The notes under the pieces: generated by a model
What the model was told of the DNA's origin: nothing
The model's database searches: none
What the model saw: only the letters and a program-made list of their open reading frames with translations
Program-made: the position numbers and the translations under genes
Origin: Eledone cirrhosa
Taxonomy: Eukaryota
Assembly (NCBI GenBank): GCA_964016885.1
Contig: OZ024743.1
Coordinates: forward strand, 97,340,001 to 97,404,000
Direction: 5' to 3'
DNA: 64,000 bases
Part shown: positions 13,527-29,670 of the stretch, piece by piece
Layout of the letters: the number at the start of each line of letters is the position of its first letter
Position numbering within the stretch: position 1 is the first letter of the stretch

Positions 13527-13919
13527 TGTGAGTGAGAGAGAGTGGCGGAAAGAGAGATTGGGGGAACAATTTTTGTTTCTAATATGATGTAAATATTCAA
13601 GGATGGTGGATCGACAGATTCAGTAGAATGATGTACCAAATACCTCAGTATTTTAGATCATACTTGGTGATAAATAAGAACACGGGGTAAGAAATTATCA
13701 GGTATACCCACACCGCAAATTAAAAATCTTGTGTCTATGTTAGAAATAAATGAGGTGTATAAACTTAAATCAGAAAAAAGCGTGAATTGGTACCTAAATG
13801 AATCAGTTATGCTTTTTGTATATGGGTTAGATGGTTAGATCTTCTCTTATAAAATAAACATCATACACCTACATCTCCACCAATAATGGGACATTAAAGG
13901 CGAACAAATATACCCACTC

Positions 13920-13976
<57 letters not shown>

Positions 13977-14135
13977 ATATACATATATGTGTGTGTATGC
14001 GTGTGTGTGTTTTATAGAGATATTTTATTATTAATTCTTGTATCTAATAAAAAAATATATCTTTATAAAGTATGGGAATATTAAAATACCAAATACAATG
14101 AAGTAATTTCTCTCCTTTTCAAGTACAACTTACTG

Positions 14136-14185
<50 letters not shown>

Positions 14186-15571
14186 GACTATAGATGTTCA
14201 TGTCTTTCTTCAATGTCATATATATATACTATTCAACACATATTATTTTCTCTCTTTCATTACAAGAAATATCCCCTAAAAATCCAGGCATATTCCACTA
14301 CATTTATAGACATTAACTGACTATCATTTACAGGATATATACTTTATGTAGGATCCTTTTAACAGTATAAGCTCATTAGAAACATTTGGAATATTTGTAT
14401 TTACTTAATATACAAAATTCTGTAGCAAACAAATAATGATTTCATTATCTCTTGCATACAAGCCTTTACCAATTTAAAAACTGAAGGATATTGAATAATA
14501 TATTGCTAAATACACTATTGCTGTAAACAAGTTATGGTGACTACAACTAAAAAGTATTTTATACTAAGTCTGTTCATCTAGAGCTAATCGGCAATGACGT
14601 GTATGTCTTTTAAAATCAACATTATTTTAACGTGAATGTTCACCTTTAACAATGACATACTTTAATGATACTCAGCCTATTCACACCCAAGAAACGTTTA
14701 TATTTAAAGAAGTTTTCCCACGCATCCGAAATGTTTCAAATCGCATTTTCTGATACAATTAATCCTATTCCTTTTGTTATATGGAGAGAATAAAAATCAA
14801 AAGAGAGAAATGCTAATATTTAAAAAACAAAAAATGGATACACAATAGCTTGTGCATATCGTGTTTTTATTGAAGGAGCTTGATTTAATGGAAAGATAGT
14901 GGTGCTCATAATTTCAAGGTCTTCAGTTCTAATCCCGGCCCGACTGGGGCGTGGTGTCCATGAGAAAGATACTTTATTTCATATCGCTCAAGTATGTTCA
15001 GATGGCAAAAATGTGTTGTGATGATACTAGTGGCTAGCTGCATATAGACTATGTCTTACTTTTAGGGAATACATTGGGTTTACCAAGAGGAAAAAGTGGC
15101 ATCATTAAACAGTTGGTGATCTCCCACAGACCATCTTGCCAGGTCTCGTGTTTTTTAAAAGAATTTTCTAGCTGCACACCCTTGGGTAGTCTTCTCTTTG
15201 TTTCTAAGGAAGTTTTCAGCTTTGCTAACCTCACAATTATACATTGTCTACCTTCAACGGAGATATACTTTACCCAATGATCAAATCGAAATAAATTCCC
15301 TACTATATACATTGACGTCCCGATCTCTTCCCAACACACCGTCGCTTATGTCTGACCGTTAGCGCAGCTGTATTTTGTCGACCACTATTCACAATAAATA
15401 TGTTTGTCTTGTTCAACATTATTGACACAGATAACTTATATCAATTGTTAATGCAGTTCTGTTCATTCCACCAACACACATACGTCATGTCCACAATCTG
15501 AACGATTGAATTCTGTTCCGTCGCATCACTGATATTTTTACCACCAAAACAGAGATCTTTGATATATCCTA

Positions 15572-15720
15572 GCACATGGCTTAGTGGTTAGAGCATTGGG
15601 CTTGCAATCGAATGGTTGTGAGTTCAATTCTCGGACCGTGTGATGTGTTGTTTCCTTAAGCAAGACACTTTATTTCACGTTGCTCCAGTTTACTCAGCTG
15701 TAGAAGTGAGATGATACGAC
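15572..15720 (+). mobile_element. tRNA-derived SINE (family 1)
   Basis: A box tggcttagtgg, B box gagttcaattc, then ccttaagcaagacactttatttcacgttgctccag core. Confidence 0.75.
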
Positions 15721-16618
15721 TGGGGTCCCTATCTTTAAATTACCCAAGACACCTCCAGCTAAACCTGCATAGGTGTGAGCTGACACAGACACACATACAC
15801 ACACACACACATATTTGCTTCTTTGGGATTTGACAAAAGTAACGTTAATACAATAATTTACAACGTTTCGGGCTCTGGTGAAAGACATCATTAGTTTCAC
15901 TGAAATATGTATGAATCGTTGCTAAGATAAACATATATCTCCTTATTCCATTGTTTATCTAGGTATATCTTGCTTTTTCTCTTTACTATTCAACAACATA
16001 AATGTAGATATTCATCTATAGGAAATTCAGGTATATTTACCCCATTAATATTAAAATGAATTGTCTACAATCATATCTAAGATAGTTATAGGATTTCTAT
16101 AAATATTAGTATACCTTGCTTGATTTCATAACTGATTACCATTAACAAGATTAATAGTACATTTATTATGCTATAGAAGAACATTAATTTATTGTTAGCT
16201 ATTTCTGTGTGTTTAGTATGTACAAATATTTCTGATGTCTAATCAGATGTCTTCTAAATGGTTTAGCATTCATGTAATGTGTTGGGATTACAAATTACGG
16301 TTGAACTACATAATTACATTAAATTAATCCAAACAATTATACCAGAACAAATTTTGATGAATCCAGACATACTAACTTTAGGTTAAATACCGAATGTTCT
16401 CAAAATGGCAACGAAACAATTCGAGATATATTTGGTGTACACAATAACCTTGTTCATTTGGTCGTATGCAGTTGGATGGCATAAGAGATAAAGAGCACGA
16501 TCAATAATTATGTATTTTATAATCTTTCATCTTAAGAATACAGACATATAATAACTTTCAATATTGAAACTTTCGTTAGCGATTCAGCTAAAATTTACCG
16601 CAAATATATTCTGGCCTA

Positions 16619-16862
16619 TCATCATCATAATCATCATCATCATCATCATAATAATAATAATAATCATCATCATCATCATCATCACCATACGGCAGCCTCA
16701 GCCGAAATGGACTCAACAATTGATCTCCACGTGGGTTTGTCGTTCATTGCCGTTGCCAAGTCCTGGATTTCAACACCAGAATCTCTGGAGATGACATCGG
16801 GGTAGGAGAGCTTGCGCCCCCTGTTATTAGTGATTGCTTGTGGTTTCCAAAGCACTAATGGC
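16619..16862 (-). mobile_element. 3' end of an RTE-type LINE with (GAT/TAT)n tail
   Basis: Translation PLVLWKP...RGRKLSYPDVISRDSGVEIQDLATAMNDKPTWRSIV resembles an RTE C-terminus and is followed directly by a trinucleotide tail. Confidence 0.7.
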
Positions 16863-17363
16863 CTATGAAAAAATGTTAATGAGGCATCAGAGGCAACACA
16901 CCACATTTTAAAAAGTATTCTACCAAGGTGTAAAGCAGATAAATTGTTTCAATGAAAAAGCAAAACCAAATAATTCATTTAGGTTTCTACCTACTTTGTG
17001 CTGCATTGTCATCGTGTTGCATTTTACACTCGGACTTGACAACGTTTCGTTCTCATTTCCAAAGCACGTGATTAATTGATTAAATGAGAAGCAAAGACCA
17101 TACCTGCAGCTTTCTACATACATCATAACCGTTGTGCTATAAGGTCACTAAGATCAATTACTGCCTTTTTAAAGCAATATATAGGTTCCCTTAGAACACT
17201 GACATGAGATGATACAATTCGGATTAGAAGTATACAACACTGGTACCTACTTCATATCGAGAAGATCCAACGTTTTTCTGGCATTAATATTCTTCTTCAT
17301 AAAACACATGAAACAGCATTTCTTCATTTCTTTTATTGTCTGTTAACATAATGAATGAGACTA

Positions 17364-17366
<3 letters not shown>

Positions 17367-17436
<70 letters not shown>

Positions 17437-17516
17437 TTATATATATATACACAGATATATATATGTGTATATATATATATATAAATATACATATATATAT
17501 ATATATATACATACAT

Positions 17517-17569
<53 letters not shown>

Positions 17570-17659
17570 CATACATATATATATGTATATATATATATAT
17601 ATATAATTATATGTATATATATATTTATATATGTGTGTGTGTGTATGTATATATATATA

Positions 17660-17718
<59 letters not shown>
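17367..17718. repeat. (TA)n-rich microsatellite
   Basis: Direct reading. Confidence 0.95.
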
Positions 17719-17721
<3 letters not shown>

Positions 17722-18763
17722 AAAAACATATATCATTTAATTAAATATAGCAACAGTAAAATAGTACACGGTAAATGAAGAAACAAACAGGGCATTTCTT
17801 ACGCGGAACAAGAAATCGATAAAAAAAATATCTTTTCAGAAAAGATTGGAGTAACATTGTTTTCTCCTCGCGGGGATTGAAACATGTCCGACATTTTCTT
17901 TAAACTCTAATAACAGCGGATCTGATAGTAACGGAAAGAAATGCAGTGTATCAGCAACAATATCACGAATAACAATAACTAACAATAACATAATACAAAC
18001 TACATCATTCATTTGAAGATTACACTCCAACTCATACATATAGAGATGCAGTCACACGCACATATGCACAGAGAGAGATAGATAGATAGAGAGAGAGAGA
18101 GATAGAGAGAATATGTATCTGTGTGTGTGTGTGAAAGAAAGAGAGTGTGTGTGTGAAAGAAAGAGAGAGAGGTACCCACACATATAATGCATTGGTATGT
18201 ATATGCACACCTATCACACACATATACATATGTAAGTATGTGTATGAATATGTATATATGCATTTGTAATGTGTGTGCATATATTGGTAGCTATGTATGG
18301 ATATTGTTCTTTGTTTTACTGTGGCATCGTTACTCTGACATATTTGGTTACTGAGGGAGATTGCAGATTAAAGTCATCATATGACACAGAAACTCCTGTA
18401 TTTCTTAACAATCATCTTAACCACAACGTTACAGATACTGTTTACACACACACACACACTCTCTCTCTCTCTCTTGCTCCCCATCCCCCTCTCTCTCTCT
18501 CTCACACACACACACACAAACACATACTCTATCTCCCTCTCCCCCCTATACCCCCTCTCTCTCTCACACACACACACACAGACACAAATACACACTCTCT
18601 CTGTCCCCCCCTCTCTCTACCCCTCCCTATCCCCCTCTCCATCTCTCTCTCTCACATACACGCACACACACACACACAAACACATATACATATATCCGAG
18701 GCCTTCATATGTTTCGTGAAACGATATGCCTAAAAGTGGAAATACACATCGTTTTGTGCATAC

Positions 18764-18811
<48 letters not shown>

Positions 18812-18843
18812 CAACAACATACATACATATATATCCTCCCTCT

Positions 18844-18919
<76 letters not shown>

Positions 18920-19074
18920 TGTGTGTGTGTGTATGTACCTATATAGCTGCCTATCTGTCTATGGCTAATTCGTAATTACAAACTGATTTATTTGCTCTAA
19001 TGTCTTTCTCTAGGTTGTTATATTGGTTTATGAATTTGTCACAATGTCAACAACTCTGGGGGAGGGGAATATCC

Positions 19075-19237
19075 ATTTAATCGACCCCAGTGCGTTACTA
19101 GTATTTTATTTTATCGACCCCGTAAGAATGAAAGGCACAGATAACCTCGGCTCGATTTGAAATCAGATCATAAAGGGCCATAGCTATATACTGAAAGAAT
19201 GTTGCCCAACTCTCTAACGACTCTGCCAATCCACTGC
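19075..19237 (-). mobile_element. SINE family 2, diverged copy
   Basis: ttttatcgaccccgtaagaatgaaaggcac...ctctaacgactctgccaatccac. Confidence 0.7.
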
Positions 19238-20670
19238 CCCCCCCCCCCACACACACACACACCTTCCAGTCGTTACACCGGCCGGCTTTCTTCAAGTTCC
19301 TGTCGTATTCGGTAACCTTCTGAGAATTTCAATCAGAACTATTTATTCAACCGGTATCCATATATTAATTACATATGGTGTTGTTTGGTTGTTATGTTTA
19401 AATTGAACTACATGTACAAACACTAGCGTAAGAGGTGACTTGATAACTATGTATATTAGTACACTTGAACACTTTAGCAGCCATTATCTTCATTATGCCA
19501 TTGCTCAGTTAGCTAGTTATGTGATTAAATATAGAAGACATATTTCTAATATTTTTATCGTCTTAAGTTTACTAGTCCTTCTTCCTGTGCTGAACATAGT
19601 GAAGACGTTACCTGAGCCATTCATTCTCGGCTGGTTCTTCTAACTGTTATGGTTTTCCATGTTTTCCCCATCTATTATCTTGACATTGTCAAACAAGTAT
19701 TTGAGATGCCCCACCATACCGGGTTTCTCTGCTTAGAGTAAACAGCTGACCTCACCTATATAACTCATTCCAGAGCTTACCAGAACCAGCTTCTAAATAC
19801 TATCTTGATGTTGTATACACACCTCTGAATGTTTCCAGTATGTTTCCAGAGGAAAGTAATGATATTGTGGCAATTTGTTTTTATAGGCTTATCGACAATT
19901 ATATTTTCTTGTTCGAAGAGTCTTTCTAGTTATGATCGACTCTTTTTAATACGACCGGCACGCAACGTTTTAGCTTATTCCGATGTTAAAATTTCTACTA
20001 ATGCCTTTTACACACTGTATGGATGGTGGAATAAAACAGGTTTTGTTCGTTGAATGAGGGCTCGAAATATTTCCAATTTGGGTATGATCTATTTCGTCAA
20101 CCTGTACATCCCGACTGACGACAAACAGATACATGGAATATTCTGAGAAAATAGCTTGAAGCAACCATGTGAGTGAGATATGTATATGATAATATATTAA
20201 TCTGGTTTCAAAGGGTAAATGAGCAATTACTGCTGGACCATATGGTCCCTATAATAGTTTCAATACAGTTTATGCTAATAACTCGCGAAAGGGTAAATTC
20301 GCGATATAACTAAATCGCAAGCCAATATACACTAAATAATAATGGAACATTTATTTCATTACCCATTGGCTCACATTACTATGTCAGTTAACTTAAATAA
20401 TACGATAGCGAATTTATTTATTATCAGGCTTAATAAGACCCAGGGATATTCTTGCTTCCATCTCTTTGCACACCGGTTGTTTAGATCGCCATATACCGAA
20501 GCATTCTTTCCATTCTACAGACCTCAGTTTGTTACCTCAGTCGACTCTCTTCTCAATATACCAAATTTCTACTATATTTAGGGAATAGTTGATCGTACTA
20601 GACATTCTTTTAAAAAGCCAGTAATATCGGCGATACCTCGACGTGAATAATCTGATATTACGACTCTATA

Positions 20671-20860
20671 AATAATTGTTTCTACTTTTGGCACAAGGCC
20701 AGCAATTATCCCAGTACATTACTGAAACGTTATTTTATCGACCCCGTAAGGATGAAAGGCAAAGTTAACCTCGGCGGGATTTGAACTCAGACCATAAAGG
20801 GCCGTAACACTTTGCTGCAAAGCATGGTGTCCGACCCTCTACCGATACTGCCAATCCACC
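20671..20860 (-). mobile_element. SINE family 2, full-length copy
   Basis: Minus strand runs ggtggattggcagtatcggtagagg (A box) ... gagttcaaatcc (B box) ... tail ending in (ATT)n. Confidence 0.85.
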
Positions 20861-20964
20861 AATAAATAATATTAAGTTCTTTATTTATTGTCTTTTAAGT
20901 ATATTCAAAAACATACGAACACACGCGCGCGCACGCACACACACATATATATATATATTTTTTT

Positions 20965-21140
20965 TTTTATTAAGGCTAAATAGTGATCTAGTCCCTCTAG
21001 AGTTTCGCCTGTTTATCACAAGCTTATCAGACAAAACTTGTGATAAACAGGCGAAACTCTAGAGGAAGATGACTCAGTATTTATCCTTAATAAAATGAAT
21101 ATTGAAATATTGAAATTCTACTCCGGTATTGATTACACTT
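20965..21140 (+). mobile_element. Fold-back PLE-like element with degenerate hammerhead
   Basis: Arms ~20965-21023 / 21037-21095. Minus strand reads CTGATAA-GCTTG tgataaa CAGGC-GAAA-CTCTAGAG (palindromic stem III; UH lost). Confidence 0.55.
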
Positions 21141-21165
21141 TTCTTTCAGCCACCAACCACGCACG

Positions 21166-21286
<121 letters not shown>

Positions 21287-22269
21287 TTATGTGTGTGTGT
21301 GTGTGTGTGTGTATGTACATTGTATTAGAAATAGAACATTTATAAATTAAACATCTAAAAATCTTCGAAATCTGTTTCATGAGAAATCGATCAAGTACAA
21401 AAGTACGAAAACTATTGTTTTTGAGCCTGCACCAGGTTTAAAATCCTCAAACACATCATGTATCAGAACGCAATAACTACGATCAAGTGTTAAGGAACAG
21501 TGTAACACAAATATAAAGTATTAATTGAAATTTCATAAATGTCGCATCCCTTCAGTATGCAAGTAGTTAGTGAAGAACAAACTTCACTTGGAAGTTTGAA
21601 GTATAAATATCAGGTACGTGATTCTAAGCAAAATCTATCAAGGTGCTCCATAAGAAAACGTTTAGAGCAAATAACATAATTTAATATACGTATATGGATT
21701 GGTAAAGTCGTTGGAGCGTCGCATTAAAATGATTTGTAGTAATTGTTCCAACTCTCAGCGCTTTGGATTAAAATACCACAGATATCTTTATCCTTTCAGG
21801 TTTGATAAATAAAGTATCCACCCAGGGTATTAGATTGCTGGCATTGTTAGAGCGTCGGAAATGATGCTTTGCTGTATCTCACGACTTTACATTCTGATAT
21901 CATTAGCGACGTCACTGTTGCCAAGTAGAATCGGCGTTTGCCATTCCAACATCTTTGGTATGGAGAAGGGAGACCTAAGTACCATGCTTAGGCTTGTGTC
22001 TTTGAGAAGAAAGTTCCAGGTGTTCACCTATTGTCAGTCGTAACGATAGGGGATCTTATCTGTATAGGAAATAAATTAGATACAGTTTTAGGTGTATACA
22101 GCCGAATAAACATATACAATGGGACACAGCAATGAGTTGACTTTAATTCAGTCAGTTTACATAACTAATTATAATTAAGTAATTTATATTCATCTAAAAT
22201 ATTGTTTATGAAAGGCTTATAGGAGATTCTTTGTTTATTTTGAGACATATATATATATGTGTGTGTGTG

Positions 22270-22343
<74 letters not shown>

Positions 22344-23426
22344 GCTTTATGTATATGTTAAATTATACTTGCTGCCAAAAGCTTGTGAATATACCAATAT
22401 ATAAATGTATAAAATATGGCAATTGCCAGTGTAAATTGGAACTGGGACCTTGTTTAAATAAAAGTGAAAGACAGTTTTTTTCCCCCAAATACTCTTTCTT
22501 CATATAACATTTCCTTGTATTACGTTAAAGGTTGCCAGTAACAAATCTTACAAACATATTACAAGGTTTTGTTATTTTTTTTATTGAATCGCGATGAATG
22601 GAGGTGAAACTGATAAAAAAAACTAGATAAAAAAAATTGCAATATTTATTTGCATTCTGGATTAGAAATTCACTTTATTTTCTCCGTAAATATTGATATG
22701 TTGGGTGTCGCGGGTATCGACTAAATATCAATCCTATAGATTTTTTATGGCTATGTGCTTATTCTTTCTCAAGAAACAACTGTTTCCAAATATTTATTAA
22801 AGTTTTGGCCAGAGGGAAAAAGGTAGGTTAGATCAGACTTTCCATGGCCTCCAAGATTATAGAAGGAATTGGGTTAGTTTTGAATAGAGTAGACTACGAA
22901 GAGCAGTATATTATCAACGTTTTATATCCAACTTAACGGGAGTACTCTCAGAAAAATGATCAACATAAAGTTATGGTGGATATGTTCGTGTTTTGGTTTT
23001 GTTACTCCCTTATTCAAAAGTACAATGCCTCACCTGGGTCCGTCTCTGAAACTGCAATCATTTTCCAGCAGGTAATTTTGGATATTTGTATATACGGGAA
23101 TTCTCTGCACTACCTTTCCTTATTGTTGTTGTAACTCTCTTCAGAGTTTCATACTGCACATTCTTAATCTGCTTTACACTTCTACTAATCGAATGTCCAG
23201 ATCGTCTGAGAGTTATATTATTTATATGCATTCATTTATACCATCCATTCCTTAAATATTTCACATTTTAATCTAATAGGTACACTTCACACAGCCTTCA
23301 TCTTCTGTTTGTGTACCAGAGAGTCGGTGTTGTCTTGTATTAGTATGTTTTATACACTGAATTTAAGAACGAATTGTTCCCGAAACGAATATACATGTAT
23401 CATAATAACATTTTTAATGCTACGTA

Positions 23427-23490
<64 letters not shown>

Positions 23491-23522
23491 ATGTGTGTAT
23501 ATTATATATGTAAATATATATC

Positions 23523-23554
<32 letters not shown>

Positions 23555-26438
23555 ATCCATCTCTATTTATCTCTCTCTCTCTCTCTCATATAATATATAT
23601 ATATGACAGACGTAATCCACTTGCTTTACTGCGCTCATATATTTTCTTCTTTCTCATATCAATGTATTTCTATAGCGTACAAACATAAATCCAAAAGCAT
23701 TTCATTCTTTACATTAATGTAAAAAATGTATTTCTGAGTATTTCCGTCATATTAATACATGCTATGTAAGATATGCAGTGGTAGATATGGTAAATTACCA
23801 GGGGAAAACCCTTGCATTATTTAGTTTCCGTCCTATACACTGTTAGTTTGCAACCAGCCGGATTTATTCTCCTTCAAATCATTCTGAAGTCGCTAAATAT
23901 TCATCATACATATACTGAGGTCAATTCTATGTACTATATTCTCAAAATACACATTTTTGTGCTTCTTTCAATGTCAGAAATATTTAATATATTGAATGAT
24001 TTAATTTCTTTCTTAATGTTATCGTTTGATTTGGTGCTATTGTTAGAGTGTTCTTGTCATATTTTGGTCGAAATGAAGCAGCCACTCACTTGATTTCAAT
24101 ATATTAGAAGTTTTAGAAATAGTTAGTGTTTTAATCTCAACTCAAATTTCAGCCAAATTAAATTAATTCTATTTATTCAGCAAAGATATTGAACATATTT
24201 ATGTTAATCATATAAAATATGGGCTTGAATTTTGTTTTTGTTTAATCATCAAATGTATTTATTTAGTCATATGTTTTTAACTTTTGAACTCTGTCATAAC
24301 TACCTCTCTTCCTTCCTTAGGCTATAGTATGTGTTCGGAACCGAAACAGTGTTATTTATTCTTCATTCTGTCACCTAATTTTCATAGAAGAAACTCTACC
24401 TTTTAACATTCAGCTAACCCTTATATTCTTCAGTTTTCATTCGTTGTACAACTTTGCTATTTAGATTACAATTTTAGTTGATGAGAAGACATTCATCTCA
24501 TTTATAAGATTTATTTCATAAACATTTCTTCTCTACATTGATGAACTTACTTGCGAATCTTTTTATTCACATTGGTATTTTGAATTGACTGATTACTATG
24601 TATTTTCATTTCTTAGTGATGTTCGATTGCTTCAGAAGCTAAACGTATGCAAACATTCAAATCCCAGACGGTCCGTTCTTTAAGTAGCCATAGGTTTTCG
24701 CTGACAATGTCGTAAATCACAGTAACAGAAGCTCTGCTGTTATCTTATCAATTCTAATCAGATGTGGCTTCCCTGCAGCAGTATTTCAATGAACAAAACA
24801 TTTCCCCGAATCTTATTATATCCCTTTCAGTCTCAATAATCTTACTGCTTGAATCCAAAAACAATTTTTATTTAGCTTTTTTATCAAATGTTCCTATACT
24901 GAACATTTAGTATTGTGCAAGTGTTGAGGATGTTATTTATTATTTTATTGGATAAGTTCTTGTTTTCTTTATTCATCTGATGAGCTGGTATTAAATTTTC
25001 CTCCACCTACTGCCGTTTCCCATTATAGATACGTCACATACTAATGTAAATGTTTCAGTGTCAGATAATTGAATTGTGAATTAATTGTTTTTTTATATCC
25101 TTTATGTTAGAATAGCCTTCTTATTGTGGATATTCTTTATAAATCACAAATTACTATACTAATGTGTGTTTATTCAAGTAACATTAGCTTATGTTTGGTA
25201 TATCCTTGCTGATATATAAACACCTTTCTTCGTACATTTTATCTACTTTTATTTATTTATATTAATTATTTAGCTCCTTTCTGTGGTGATGTTTGCCACT
25301 ATAATCTAGATTGCAATATGGTAATTTATGTTCAAAAAATGGTATACCTTCATTGAAATGTCCTAATAATAAAGTTTCATACTCATACAGAGCTTGTTTC
25401 AAGTGTGTAGATGCTTAATATATTGAAGGCACGTTGTAAATATGCTGCTCCAATTATTCGGTAAACTTTGAAGAATAATTCAACGTATCATTTGTGGAAT
25501 CTTTGTCTTTATATGAAAATATATATGCAAATATTTACCCAAAATGTTTGGTTTTTATGCCTCTATCTATCTTTGTAAGTAGTGCGACAATAATGCTGTA
25601 TAGGTCTGAGCATTTCTTTTATTTATAGAGGACATGTCATGATATATATATATTCATATCTGCATATATAGGCACCTACATATGTGGATTTTTATAAATT
25701 TGTATAAGTACACAGACTTGTGTAAAAGGAATCATGCTTGATAATGATTAAATGTTTCCAACTTTGTAATATTTAGGGACCCTATTTTAAAATCACTTCC
25801 TATAAGAAACTAAATTAGCCAGATAATGATTACTGAATAGTTTGGGCGTCTTAATACATTTTACGTGAAACGTAAGTCAAGATATTTGAATTTTCTTCGC
25901 AGATATTTCGTGTGCTATTATTGAATTGCAGTCTGGTGAGTGTAAATGTATTGCAATAATGTAAGTGGCGCTGATGGTAATTTGCTTTTTATTCTAAATG
26001 TGATTTTTCTGTGATATTTTAGTTGCTTTGAGGATGAATGTTTATTATCAATGAGTTAGCTGGAAGGGCTGAAATTTAGTTATTTGACGCAGGTACTGCC
26101 AATAGAGCTGCAATTTTCAATGACCTGACATTTGGGGAGTGTGTATAATGGTAGGAATATCGTTGAGGAAGAAAAACACAGTATGGTGGGAACACAAAAG
26201 GTATGGAAATAACTGGTAAGTTACGTTAAAATGTGATTCTGTTGGTATATTCAAAAGAGGAGATTAAACAAGCAGAATATAGGCCCAGTAACCAAAATAG
26301 CATTTGAACGAATTCCGATTCAGATACTACATATTTAGCATAAGAAAACCTCATAAATGAGCCTGACAACATTCTTCTGAACCTGAATGTCAGTGATTGA
26401 AAATGAAGTACTATTACCTATTATCAATATAACGTATT

Positions 26439-26633
26439 CAGACCTGCCAACCTCTAATATCCCAAACAGGGAGTACCATGAAAAAAAGTGCACTAACACG
26501 GGGAGAAATGAGGCAAAATGGGGAAATTTTACATAATGAAAGCTATACCCATTTTCACAAGACAAGACATTTCTCACCCACCCCAAATTGGGTGAGAGAT
26601 CTCCACGTCGGACAGGGAGAGTTGACAGGTCTG
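26439..26633. mobile_element. hAT-like MITE
   Basis: TIRs cagacctgccaac / gttgacaggtctg; TSD not resolved. Confidence 0.55.
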
Positions 26634-28591
26634 CATATTATTGACAATTAAAATATGACCTGATACTCAAATCGATATTAGTTTTCTTCTTTATTATATA
26701 TCAATTATACTATTACTTGCTATGCTTCCTTATTTTCTTTGTTGCACTTTTTATGTCTGATATATTTCTTTAGTATTTCAATCTCTATATCATATTAGTA
26801 TCAGAATAATGGCACGATTTTGATCTGCATCAACGTGTTAGGTTATATCCAGCAGGTAATATATAACAAGCAAAAAACAACGTTATAAGTCAATGCAATA
26901 CGCCACGAAGGAAATAAATATATATATTGTTTTATACTTCAACAATGCTAATTGATGTATACTTAGATTGGGGTACCTATATCATCCATGATTCGAAGGA
27001 TTACAAGTTGGAATTTTGTGTTTAGTTGTCTTTGATAATGATACTTATAAGATTACTTCTTATTTATTATTTAGGTGCTCTGTCGTGTCTCTGTTGGTGC
27101 TAGGTGTTATCTAGAGCACTGCTCATCTAATTTAATTTAGTGTTACTAGAAGGTATTCTTAGGAAAAACTATAATATCTGTTTTAGTGGTTTACTACGTC
27201 TTCGGTAATTCTAGTTTAATTCACTGCTTTTTCATATCCGTAATATAATTCTGGAACAGCATTTTTGTTTCTTCATATTTACTACTGATGCTCGGTGTAT
27301 CATATGTAAGTTGTCTCATCCCTTAATTTGTTTTTCTATAGAAATTAAAGACAACATATTTTCACATACAAAATAGCATTTACAATAGCATTTACAAACA
27401 TCCCTGATTCGGTCAAACAACCGTATCTAACTTTTGTCATATTCCAGTAATCGAAGCATTGCTACAGTATTGTCAAACAGTATGAAAAATGACACAAATA
27501 TCACACTCTGTTTCAATTAAATTAATCGTTATCGCAAATATTGTTTTATTAAATGGTTGGAACACGAATTTCACAACGGATAGGAATGACTTATATTTAC
27601 TGTTCAGCTTCGTAAATTGATAAAATGAGTTGCAGAACCACGCAGACATGTATACTAAAACATTTTAAACTCTTGTCAACTAAAATATTAGGAAAAGACT
27701 AGCACTAGGTTCCAGAATACTGTAGTTGGACGAAATATTTATTGATATCTCTTTAATTATCTATGTTCAGGCAAAGATGTTAATATCTTGTGTCTAATGC
27801 TCGCGCGAATTTATTAGAATTTACCATCTAAAATTCAAAGTAGTCAAGGTGAGTTCCTATTTTATTAAGTATTCTATGTTTACGCTATTGTACAAAGGTG
27901 AACACGTGGAGATAATATTCGTTAAAAATCATGGCATTAATTTTCTTAGAAAGGGCTTTAAGGTCTAGTTCCTATTGACATTACCGGGTAAAATTAAGTT
28001 ATACTAAGAAATATAATTGTTTCTACTTTTGGCACAAGCCAGCAATTACCGAGTGCATTACTGGTTGAAATAAAGAGTCTTTCTCAAGGACATAACGCAT
28101 CGCTCGGTCCAGGAATCGAACTCACAACCTTAAGCTTGTGAATCCAATTCTCTAACCATTCAGCCACACGCTTTCGCTATCATTACCACATGTACACGTC
28201 AAATAATGCCCGTGAATAGCTTTTTCTTTAAATTGGTGAATTCGACATCTATGTCGAAGATGAGCATTCAGTTGTTAGATCAATTAAATACCTAACTCGT
28301 GCATTAACCTGTAAGGGGTGGAGTATTATATAGACAAGTGTACTGTTAACGTAATTCCCAAGCCGATTCAACTTTATACAGTATATGACACGACTAGACT
28401 TTTGAATTACACGATAAAAGACATTTGACGCGCTTCCACAGTTTCCCTGTGTCCAATTACATTCTGAAGGCTTCTTTCATGACTGGGAATAAAACAAAAT
28501 TAAACTTTAAAATCGGTAATGAGATGAGGAGTTTGAAACAATTAATAAGGAAACATAGACGGGTATATAGAACCGTCTTAATGATAAGAAA

Positions 28592-28772
28592 TATTGTTTC
28601 TACTTTTGGCACAAGGTCAGCAATTACCCAGTACATTACTGGTACTTTATTTTATCGACCCCGTAAGGATGAATGGCAAAGTTAACCTTGGCGGTATTTG
28701 AACTTAGACTGTAAAGAGACGTAACTATGCTGGAAAGCATGGCGCCCGACCTTCTACCGGTACTGCCAATTC
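28592..28772 (-). mobile_element. SINE family 2 copy
   Basis: High similarity to 20671-20860 and 38097-38288. Confidence 0.85.
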
Positions 28773-29670
28773 AAAGAAATATAAACATAGTTTACATATT
28801 AATAGGAAGGCAGCAAAAAAAAAAAAAATACCTTCTTGTCATTTGCCTATAATTCATTAAATAGAAGTAAAGTTTACAATGATATAGATCTATAATATAA
28901 ATCCATTACTCTCCTGTAAAATCAAGGTTACAAAATGCATGGTAAATTATAATTCACATTCAAATACATGGAGCTTTCCAGAAGTCAAAGATGAAGAATA
29001 TTGTGACCTCCCTCTCCTAACAGTTACTCGAGAAAATTGTCATCAGCATTATCAATAGGTAGGCTACCTACAATTGAATAGTTAGAAACTGCTGCAGAAT
29101 CCTAATATAAAAGAGACAAATGATGCTATTATATATGTATTTTGCCGATTATTTTTGCCTACAAAGATAAACTTATAAAAGGTAGATCAAATTATTCTGT
29201 CGGAGTCTATAATCATAAATCGTCTTAATGGGAATATTGCTTTTAACATTTCAACATCCCGACATCTATAAAAAGAATGAAAAAAAATTTTTGCTGAGAA
29301 GTGTAGGATTCATATATGCATATGTAAGTGTGTGTGTGTGTGTGTAAGTATTCTAATGTAAATTTTCAGGATTGCCTTGATGAAATAATACGAGACTTCC
29401 AAATGTTGTCACCCAGTCTTTTATGTCAAATCTAAAATTGTCTCGTTTTCTATTTGGACACAGGTTATCTACTTTTAGATAGATATTTTCAGAATTTAGA
29501 CATAACTTTTACAAAGTGGACTAAAACCTAGAACACCGTTATGTCATATCCGTTATGTCACAAGAAGAATCATAGTTCAAAATAGCGATTAGGAACCGTG
29601 TTTCAGTAACCATAGTTTCATTTCAATGGGATTTTGAAATTTCAAATTGGTTTTCCAAATCCTTTAGTAT

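Noticed and set aside
15572-15645. tRNA gene
   Set aside because: A/B boxes are present but there is no clean cloverleaf, and the sequence continues into a repeated SINE body.
24977-25020. CTGATGA hammerhead core
   Set aside because: No stem II, GAAA or stem III follows.
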